Below, one piece after another: positions 57,220 through 64,000 of a stretch of 64,000 bases of DNA. Source of the DNA: Patescibacteria group bacterium (GTDB taxonomy: Bacteria > Patescibacteriota > Patescibacteriia > UBA9934 > CAMTUG01). The translations under genes were made by a program, and so were the position numbers. Under the pieces are notes generated by a model. That model had not been told where the DNA came from. It did not search any database and saw only the letters and a program-made list of their open reading frames with translations. Position 1 is the first letter of the stretch, and each line of letters starts with the position of its first letter. The stretch lies in assembly GCA_038065815.1 (NCBI GenBank), contig JBBTQF010000012.1, positions 1,663-65,662 on the forward strand. The letters run 5' to 3'.

Positions 57220-59406
57220 ATGACCGCTACTTCCCTCTTGCTCCTTACACTTTCGGGTTGTGAGTTTCTGCCTTTCATTAGCGATGCGGGCTTCACAGAT
57301 CGCTTTGACCTGGACCGAGATGGTGCCCCGCGACCTGACGACTGCGACGACCAAGACGCGGCTGTGAGCCCGAGCGCGGATGAAATCTGCGACGGCACAG
57401 ACAACGATTGCGACGGAGACGTTGATGAAAACGACTCCGTTGACGCTACGTCATGGTACGCGGACAGCGACAGCGACGGCTACGGGTTCGGGGTCGCCAT
57501 CGTACAATGCGACGACATCGCTGGCTACGCGACAACCGATGGCGACTGCGACGATCAAGACGCGGACATCAATCCAGACGCGTCCGAAGTCTGCGACGAG
57601 ACCGACAATGACTGCGACGATGAGGCAGACAACGATCCGATTGATGGGACGCTCTGGTACCCCGATGCTGACGATGACTCATTCGGAGATGCGTCGGGAG
57701 TTGTGAATGTCTGTACGCAACCTGACGGCTACGTGAGTGACGCGACAGACTGTGACGATCAGAATCCGGCCGTGAACCCAAACGCGATCGAACTCTGTGA
57801 AGACGAGGTTGACAACAACTGCAATGGTGAGACGGATGAAGACGCATCCTACACCACGCAGTACGCCGATGCTGACGACGACGAGTACGGCGATGTGAAC
57901 AATCAAGTCGTTGCCTGTAACATCATCGATGGCTATGTGAGCGATGCGACGGATTGCGATGACAACGACGCGAATGTGAACCCAGGCGTGACCGAAGTCT
58001 GCAACAACGGTGTTGATGACAACTGCGATGGAGGCGCAGGTGACTGCGTGTTCGAAGGCGAAATCGTCGCTTCAGACGCGATCGCTATTCTCGCTGGAGA
58101 GTCGTCAGAAGATAGGGCTGGCGTAAGCGTGGCGGGTGTTGGCGATATAGACGGTGATGGATATGACGACGTGCTGGTCGGTGCGAACATGAACGATCGT
58201 GCTGCACAACAAGCCGGAATCGTCTACCTCGTCCGCGGACCGATCACTATGGAGAGTAACCTTTCCGACGCATACGCAACCTTCATCGGAGTTTCAACAA
58301 ATGACTACTCTGGCACTAGCGTTGCAAGCGCTGGTGATCTAAACAACGACGGATATACGGACTTCATCATCGGCGCACCATCCAGCTCCCTCAATGGGAG
58401 TCAATCAGGCGCTGTTTACATAGTCAATGGGCCAGTGAGTGGAACTCAAAGTCTAAGCGATGCCGATCGTATACTTACTGGTCATGCGGAGTCCGATTTT
58501 ACTGGCTATAGCATTGCCGGTATTGGAGACCTGAACAGCGACGGCTACGATGATGTACTCATCGGTGCCTATATGGGCGATACTACCGCAACGGACGCAG
58601 GCGTGATCTACGTTGACTTTGGGCCTGGTGCGACCGTGACGGAAGATCTAACAACATCTGGCGGACTCATCCTCAACGGCGAGCAAGCAAGCGACTTGGC
58701 CGGCATCAGTGTCGCAAGCGCCGGGGATATCAACACCGACGGCGTACCCGACATCCTAGTCGGGGCAAGTAGTAACGATTACGCAGGATCTGGAGCCGGA
58801 GCGGCCTATCTGCTCTACGGTCCGCGATCAGGTGGAATAACCATCTCGCTCGCTGATGCAGATATGAAACTCACAGGAGAAGATGCTGGTGATTCATTCG
58901 GCCGCGCGACGAGCGGTGCTGGAGACATAAACAATGATGGCTACGACGACTTCCTTGTTGGTGCTCCAAATGAAAGTAGTGCTGGTGATAGTTTTGGTGC
59001 CGCGTACCTAATAGTGAACGCCACATACGGTACAGAAAATATCGCAACAAACGGACAAAAATTCATCGGTGAAAATGGTGGAGATTTAGCAGGAACGAGT
59101 CTCTCTGGCGCAGGTGACATCGACCTGGACGGCAATGATGATCTGCTCATCGGTGCTTATGGAAGTGATGGGTACGGTCTAGACGTAGGCACGGTCTACT
59201 GCATCTTTGGACCTGTTACTGCCGTCAGTAATCAACTTTCAAGCAGTAGAACAATCATGTACGGAGAAGCCGTGAGTGACTATTTCGGCGTTGGGATAGC
59301 TCCTGCAGGCGACACGAACGCGGACGGCTTCACTGACATCATCATTGGCGCTCACTATAACGATAACACCGGCTCCGCCTACATCTTCAGCTGGCTCGAA
59401 CTCTAG
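57220..59406 (+). CDS. Surface lipoprotein with about six Cys/Asp-rich metal-binding-like repeats followed by an FG-GAP (integrin-alpha-like) beta-propeller.
   Basis: The lipobox is LLLTLSGC. The repeats follow CDDQDAxxxPxAxExCDGxDNDCDGxxDE, and the FG-GAP-like units follow GDxNxDGYDDxLxGA. Confidence 0.65.
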   Translation: MTATSLLLLTLSGCEFLPFISDAGFTDRFDLDRDGAPRPDDCDDQDAAVSPSADEICDGTDNDCDGDVDENDSVDATSWYADSDSDGYGFGVAIVQCDDIAGYATTDGDCDDQDADINPDASEVCDETDNDCDDEADNDPIDGTLWYPDADDDSFGDASGVVNVCTQPDGYVSDATDCDDQNPAVNPNAIELCEDEVDNNCNGETDEDASYTTQYADADDDEYGDVNNQVVACNIIDGYVSDATDCDDNDANVNPGVTEVCNNGVDDNCDGGAGDCVFEGEIVASDAIAILAGESSEDRAGVSVAGVGDIDGDGYDDVLVGANMNDRAAQQAGIVYLVRGPITMESNLSDAYATFIGVSTNDYSGTSVASAGDLNNDGYTDFIIGAPSSSLNGSQSGAVYIVNGPVSGTQSLSDADRILTGHAESDFTGYSIAGIGDLNSDGYDDVLIGAYMGDTTATDAGVIYVDFGPGATVTEDLTTSGGLILNGEQASDLAGISVASAGDINTDGVPDILVGASSNDYAGSGAGAAYLLYGPRSGGITISLADADMKLTGEDAGDSFGRATSGAGDINNDGYDDFLVGAPNESSAGDSFGAAYLIVNATYGTENIATNGQKFIGENGGDLAGTSLSGAGDIDLDGNDDLLIGAYGSDGYGLDVGTVYCIFGPVTAVSNQLSSSRTIMYGEAVSDYFGVGIAPAGDTNADGFTDIIIGAHYNDNTGSAYIFSWLEL

Positions 59407-59422
59407 CAAGACAAAACAACTG

Positions 59423-59445
59423 GCCCTCGTCGTACGGACGGGGGC
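59423..59445 (+). terminator. Hairpin GCCCTCGTC-gtacg-GACGGGGGC downstream of the FG-GAP gene. It is a terminator candidate that abuts the next start codon.
   Basis: It has a 9-bp stem with one G-T pair and is followed by TTGATGATTTTAATC. Confidence 0.35.
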
Positions 59446-59448
59446 TTG

Positions 59449-60609
59449 ATGATTTTAATCGCAACGTGTACACTCCCATATTCCATTATGTCGCTTACAG
59501 AAACCGCGCAAATCCAACAGATCATCACGCGAAGCCAACATCCGTTGGTCGTTGTTGCAAAACACGGAGGGATTGACGCGTTTGCCTCTGCGATTGGCAT
59601 GAAATTTGCGCTCGCAAAGATGAACAAGCCTGTAACTGTTGTGAGTTCCGCACCAGTCCCAAAGGCACTCGGTCGCATTGTGATCGGCGATCATGTACGA
59701 TCCGATCTCCCAAACATGCGAACGCTCGTCGTTGAACTAGACACGAGAGCGGTGCAAGCGACAGAAATCAAAAGGGAGGATGCGGACGGCCGCATCCGTT
59801 TTTTATTCACGCCAAATGTTGGAACGTGGAGCGAACAGGATATCAATGTCTCAACATCACCGTATCCGTATGACCTTGTAATATGCATTGGAGCAAGTGA
59901 TCTTGCGGGATGCGGAGAGATTCATACTGCCCATGCAGATTTTTTGTACCGCACACCTATCATTAATATTGATCACTCAACAACAAACGAACATTTTGGT
60001 CAGATGAACATCGTTGATTTGACAGCGACCTCTTGCGCGGAAGTTTGTCATAATTTGGTGAATGAGCTGTACTCGGAAATTATGGACGAGGAAATTGCAA
60101 CTCTTTTTTTAACAGGGATGATTGCAAAGACGAAGAGTTTTAAGGCGCGCAATGTCACACCAAAAACCTTAAACACTGTGAGCGCGCTGATCGAGAAAGG
60201 AGCGCGACGAGAAGAGATAATTACAAACCTTTATCGCGTACGTTCTGTCTCGACATTACGTCTCTGGGGCCGTGCGCTTGCTAGATTGAAGCATAATGTA
60301 GAATGCAATTTAGTCTGGACGCTTTTGTCTCAACAAGATTTTTTGCACGCTGGAGCTCAAGATGATGACCTGCTTGAGGTCGTTGATGAACTCATCTTTT
60401 CATCACCAGATGCAGAGATGGCCTTACTGCTATATGAAGATCATGATCGCAATATCAGATGCATTCTGCGCGTAAATCCTCCACATCACGCCACTCAACT
60501 TTTGAAATCTTTTTCTCCTTCAGGCACACACGAAGAGGCTCATGTCCGTCTGCAGAACATGAGCCTCGTGGAAGCTGAACGAATAATCCTTGACGCGTTT
60601 ACTCAGTGA
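59449..60609 (+). CDS. DHH/DHHA1-family phosphoesterase (NrnA-like nanoRNase / pAp phosphatase).
   Basis: It has the DHH-family layout with a C-terminal DHHA1-like region. The listed ORF starts at TTG 59446, and ATG 59449 is preferred. Confidence 0.6.
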   Translation: MILIATCTLPYSIMSLTETAQIQQIITRSQHPLVVVAKHGGIDAFASAIGMKFALAKMNKPVTVVSSAPVPKALGRIVIGDHVRSDLPNMRTLVVELDTRAVQATEIKREDADGRIRFLFTPNVGTWSEQDINVSTSPYPYDLVICIGASDLAGCGEIHTAHADFLYRTPIINIDHSTTNEHFGQMNIVDLTATSCAEVCHNLVNELYSEIMDEEIATLFLTGMIAKTKSFKARNVTPKTLNTVSALIEKGARREEIITNLYRVRSVSTLRLWGRALARLKHNVECNLVWTLLSQQDFLHAGAQDDDLLEVVDELIFSSPDAEMALLLYEDHDRNIRCILRVNPPHHATQLLKSFSPSGTHEEAHVRLQNMSLVEAERIILDAFTQ

Positions 60610-63088
60610 CCTCTTCATCAACCGTAACTTCCCCATCCTCCACTTCCGTTGCGGACTCCTCTCCTTCCTCAACTGGAGGCGGAATCGTTGTGGTGGATTG
60701 TCCTGACTTTAGGCGAGAGAGTCGCTCGATAACGAACTCATTTTCTGGGTTCAGATCAGCGACTTTTTGAATCTGTTCAATGGCGGCTGTGGAGTTTCCA
60801 CTGATCTCATACATGGAAGCAAGGTACCAACGAGCATTGGAGTAGTTTGAATTTAACCCGACCAAACGCTCCAGTTCCGCCTGCGCCAAGCTGTATTTCT
60901 GTTGACGGATGTACAACTGGGAAAGCTGAAAACCGATGCCAATGTCGAGTGGGGCGTAATCGCGTAGAGCGACCATGCGAGCAACTGCGTCATCAAGACG
61001 GCCTTGTCGCTCAAATACTGCCGCAAGATAATAGTGAGCTGGCGCGTAATTTTGTTTATAAATGATTGCTTTGTTAAACGCCTCTTCTGCAAGTGTAAGA
61101 TATTTCTTCTCCGACTCAACGGCTTGAGTCGCAAGCTCGGCATTTTCAGAACTCTTCAAGTCACTCGCGCGATCAGCTGTAACAAGATAGATACGTCCAA
61201 GGTCTGTATAGTGCTTTGGATTCGTTGGCTCCAATTCTCCTGCGCGGATAAAGGAAGCCGCGGCCAGATCTTCAGCTCCATTCACAAGTGGCATGAGTTC
61301 TCGATAGACCATCCCTCGCACAGACCAGTTATCAACGTTATATGGCTCGAGTGCGGTTGTTCGTGCCGCCGCATTGATGCTTGCGTTAACAAGAGCTTGA
61401 ATGAGCTGTGTCTGTTCCGGTGTTGCAGGAACGCCTGTCGCATTGATCTCCTGATAGACGTCTCGCACGCGCAGAAGAAGCGCGGAGCTCAAGTTTCGAT
61501 AGTAGACATCGCTCAACTGATTAAATGATGTCGCGGTCGCCAGTTTATTTACCACCTCCTCTGCAGAGGCTCCACTCCTATCCATGCGAACAGCTTGAGC
61601 AAATGCGACTTCTGAAGCATAGCGCTGACCTGTCACAAAGAGTCCACCAACAACGGCAACGGCCACAAGGATAAATCCAAATGATGTTGCAAGGCCAAGT
61701 TTTGGAGAACGTCCGAAATCTGTCTCCTTTACACGAACCATCACCTGACTTGCGATCAAACCAGAGAAGAGCCAGAACAAGAAGCTCAATGTCATGTTTG
61801 ATGTGTACAAAAATTGCAAAAGTAGAATGGTAGCCCACGCACAAAAGACGACATACGTCACACGCCACTCTTCATGATCTCGCTCACGCAACAAGCGACT
61901 CAAGGCCATAAGGGCGACCCAAGCGACAAAGGCAAGCCATCCAACTAACCCAAGAACGCCCATGGTCGTGAGAATTGTCAACGCATGCGACTTGGCACGG
62001 TCAAAATTCGTATTCCAGAAATCTGTCTGGCTCACGGCAGTGTCCTTAAACTCTGCGTAATCAAATGCGTACGTACCCGGACCAGAACCGACCAAGATCG
62101 AACCGATATTGCGCCCAAGAGTTTCTTTTGCAATAGAAAGACTCGCTCCAAACGACGGAGATACGACCGCTGGAAAATCCCAACGCAATGGCGATGGAAC
62201 GAACAGAAACAGAACACTCACAACCAACAAGAACAATGGGAGCGAGAAACGCGTTGTCCCCGGGAAATCTTTTTGTTGGATGAAAGCGAAAGCTGAAAGA
62301 AGAAGGATACCGAAGATCGTCACAATCCACATCACCCAATAATCTATCGCCACAAGCGCAAGGATCGTCAGAATAACCTGAACGATCATAAGGATGCGCA
62401 TCGTCTTGCCCCTACCACCATCTGGCATGATCGCGTCCTTCCCCGGACGGGTAACCAACCAGAGACCGAGACCAAGAATCATGACAACGACCATGTATGC
62501 AACAAAGCTGTTCATCGTGCCAACAAGGTTGAATCCACTAAACTTCGCGAATGAAAACGGTAGGATTCCGATCCCAATGAAACTCAAGATTGTGATGATG
62601 CCAGAGAGAACGGATGAAAGGACGGTTGCGAAAAAGAGATTACGTTGGGTAGATGTCTCGCTCATCGTATTCATGACAACGAAGAACAATACGAGGAACG
62701 TGGTAAGCGTCAAGAAGCTGGTATATTCCTGTGATGCTTGTCCAACCCATGATTGATAGCCAGACAGCGAAAGAATCGAAGAGGCCAGAACTATCAAAAA
62801 CCAGACACCTGGTACGACGTTTAACCAACCAGTACGAAACGACAACCTCTTCTCAATCACCATTGCGCCAAGCCATGCGACCAAACCTACTAACGTGAGC
62901 AGTACAAGCACTGTCTGTTTATTTATCTCTAGGTAGTTGGACGTGAATGGCAAAAAGAAGACCGGCAACAGAAATGTAAGCAAATACAGCGACCAACGAG
63001 TGATCACTTGATACATTCCGACATTCGTAAACGGCACTTTTCTCCTCCGTTGGGCCACACCGAGCCCGGAACTTGTAAGTGGTTCCAT
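60599..63088 (-). CDS. Large membrane protein: an O-antigen-ligase-like polytopic domain plus C-terminal TPR repeats.
   Basis: Among the 829 aa, more than 12 TM helices occupy the N-terminal 480 aa. TPR-like repeats follow (YYLAAVFERQGRLDDAVARMVALRDYAP...). Confidence 0.55.
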   Translation of the reverse strand: MEPLTSSGLGVAQRRRKVPFTNVGMYQVITRWSLYLLTFLLPVFFLPFTSNYLEINKQTVLVLLTLVGLVAWLGAMVIEKRLSFRTGWLNVVPGVWFLIVLASSILSLSGYQSWVGQASQEYTSFLTLTTFLVLFFVVMNTMSETSTQRNLFFATVLSSVLSGIITILSFIGIGILPFSFAKFSGFNLVGTMNSFVAYMVVVMILGLGLWLVTRPGKDAIMPDGGRGKTMRILMIVQVILTILALVAIDYWVMWIVTIFGILLLSAFAFIQQKDFPGTTRFSLPLFLLVVSVLFLFVPSPLRWDFPAVVSPSFGASLSIAKETLGRNIGSILVGSGPGTYAFDYAEFKDTAVSQTDFWNTNFDRAKSHALTILTTMGVLGLVGWLAFVAWVALMALSRLLRERDHEEWRVTYVVFCAWATILLLQFLYTSNMTLSFLFWLFSGLIASQVMVRVKETDFGRSPKLGLATSFGFILVAVAVVGGLFVTGQRYASEVAFAQAVRMDRSGASAEEVVNKLATATSFNQLSDVYYRNLSSALLLRVRDVYQEINATGVPATPEQTQLIQALVNASINAAARTTALEPYNVDNWSVRGMVYRELMPLVNGAEDLAAASFIRAGELEPTNPKHYTDLGRIYLVTADRASDLKSSENAELATQAVESEKKYLTLAEEAFNKAIIYKQNYAPAHYYLAAVFERQGRLDDAVARMVALRDYAPLDIGIGFQLSQLYIRQQKYSLAQAELERLVGLNSNYSNARWYLASMYEISGNSTAAIEQIQKVADLNPENEFVIERLSRLKSGQSTTTIPPPVEEGEESATEVEDGEVTVDEEVTE

Positions 63089-63172
63089 AACAGTACGGTT
63101 GATTAAGATGGGTTAAAGTTAGAGGCAGTTTAGCAAATATTTGCCAAATGGACTGTGGATAAGATGTTGACG

Positions 63173-63688
63173 CTACTCCCCAGATTTATACTGTGCAATC
63201 GCCTGTACAACCTTGGAATCAGGCTTCATCTCCTCAATAAACAGTATGTGATCCTTGTTGATGTCCATATAGTCCTGCGGACCATGGGCCTCGTTACCAA
63301 GTTTCACGAGCGACGTACCGGCTCCGGCCGATGTATCCTGCGGATTTTGTCGTGTGTCCAGATAAAAGACGTCAGTTAAGCGATAAAAATCGCCGTCTCG
63401 ATCATCGAGTAGGCCAAAATAGACCTGGCTATTATCAAGGAAAACTGCGTAATAGGTTCCCTCTACAACTGGAATTGACTCACCCGTCGTCCCTTGCAGA
63501 TCTCCAAGTAGATCATCGGGGCTCTCAAAGAGATACGTTTTCCCAAAATAAATGGCGGCGGCTATAAGAGCGAGAACAAAGAGAATAAGGAAAAATTTGC
63601 CAACTCGACTCTTTTTTGGTGGTATCGGCATTGGCTCATCAGGCCGACCAAACGGCATCGGACGACGAATCTTTGATTCGATGGACAT
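63173..63688 (-). CDS. Hypothetical N-terminally membrane-anchored protein of 171 aa.
   Basis: The TM is FFLILFVLALIAAAIYF and no motif is recognised. Confidence 0.4.
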   Translation of the reverse strand: MSIESKIRRPMPFGRPDEPMPIPPKKSRVGKFFLILFVLALIAAAIYFGKTYLFESPDDLLGDLQGTTGESIPVVEGTYYAVFLDNSQVYFGLLDDRDGDFYRLTDVFYLDTRQNPQDTSAGAGTSLVKLGNEAHGPQDYMDINKDHILFIEEMKPDSKVVQAIAQYKSGE

Positions 63689-63758
63689 ACTTTAAACATT
63701 TGAAATTAAGAGCAGAGAACACTTTATGATGTTCATTTTACACCAGCTCACCAAAAAC

Positions 63759-63795
63759 CAAAACCCCGCCATCGGGCGGGGTTTTGGTTCCCTAT
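63759..63795. terminator. Bidirectional rho-independent terminator (AAAACCCCGCC-atcg-GGCGGGGTTTT).
   Basis: A perfect 11-bp stem is flanked by T-runs on both strands, directly after the stop (63805-63807) of the partial minus-strand gene. Confidence 0.6.
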
Positions 63796-63804
63796 TCTGT
63801 GGGA

Positions 63805-64000
63805 TTACTCGCTAACTGGCGCGCTATCGGCTGGAGCCTCAACGGCCGGCTCCTCGGCTACTGGCTCTTCGGCTACTGGTTCCTCGGCTGGAGCCTCAAC
63901 TACTGGCTCTTCGGCTACTGGTTCCTCGGCTGGAGCCTCAACTGCTGGCTCTTCGGCTACTGGTTCCTCGGCTGGAGCTTCAACGGCCGGCTCCTCGACT
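63805..64000 (-). CDS. Partial CDS (C-terminal end in window) encoding a Glu/Pro/Val/Ala-rich tandem repeat (...EEPVAEEPVAVEAPAEEPVA...EAPADSAPVSE*).
   Basis: A 15/12-nt DNA tandem repeat (GGCTACTGGTTCCTC / GGCTGGAGCCTCAAC units) translates on the minus strand into (EEPVA)n. The stop is TAA at 63805-63807 and the gene continues beyond the window. Confidence 0.4.
   Translation of the reverse strand, partial: VEEPAVEAPAEEPVAEEPAVEAPAEEPVAEEPVVEAPAEEPVAEEPVAEEPAVEAPADSAPVSE

Overview
This 64-kb window is dominated by minus-strand genes and divides into four zones. (1) 1-9380 is a compact gene cluster resembling a Gram-positive or CPR-style type IV secretion/conjugation system. It contains a VirB4-like ATPase with Walker A GAGKS and a DEAW Walker B, apparently encoded as two adjacent ORFs. 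It also contains a VirB3/PrgI-like small membrane protein, a 480-aa coiled-coil protein, a 947-aa polytopic VirB6/TrbL-like membrane protein, and an M23 (LytM) peptidoglycan hydrolase with a poly-acidic linker. No relaxase or coupling protein is visible in the window. (2) 9400-24850 is an accessory mosaic region. It is punctuated by at least 12 copies of an imperfect palindromic REP-like repeat, core roughly GGGGTCAGGCCTGTGATGTG and its reverse complement. It includes a REP-associated tyrosine transposase (RAYT, IS200/Y1 HuH family) flanked by inverted REPs. It also holds GC-rich islands (about 60-65 % GC against roughly 47-50 % elsewhere), several gene remnants and a RelE/ParE-RHH toxin-antitoxin pair. 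A contiguous set of phospho-transfer and nucleoside-type enzymes sits here too: BtpA/SgcQ-like TIM barrel, TrpD-family phosphoribosyltransferase/nucleoside-phosphorylase-like, PfkB kinase, HAD-IIB phosphatase, IMPase-family and an APH-like kinase. The remnants are a 5'-truncated NUDIX gene, a radical-SAM SPASM fragment and a twice-frameshifted SAM methyltransferase. (3) 24099-34607 holds a lipoprotein, a roughly 3035-3050-aa Cys/Asp-rich secreted giant protein, and a membrane-anchored thrombospondin-type-3-like calcium-repeat protein. (4) 34685-63700 is housekeeping with a streamlined, CPR/Patescibacteria-like flavour (inference only). It encodes ksgA/rsmA, tsaC(yrdC), a GalE-like epimerase, prfB with the conserved programmed +1 frameshift (CTT TGA C preceded by GGGGG), a DUF4870 membrane protein and groES-groEL. 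It also encodes two O-antigen-ligase-like membrane proteins, a short YidC, nusA, yraN, a SAM methyltransferase, divergent tRNA-Val(TAC) and tRNA-Leu(GAG), a NUDIX protein, a DAGK-like lipid kinase, bactofilin, argS, tyrS and valS. The zone continues with a Hanks-type Ser/Thr kinase translationally coupled to an upstream secreted membrane protein, an FG-GAP lipoprotein with Cys/Asp-rich metal-binding-like repeats, a DHH phosphoesterase, and a partial gene encoding an (EEPVA)n repeat. No CRISPR array and no rRNA were seen. All functional calls rest on motifs read from the translated ORFs. No database search was possible.
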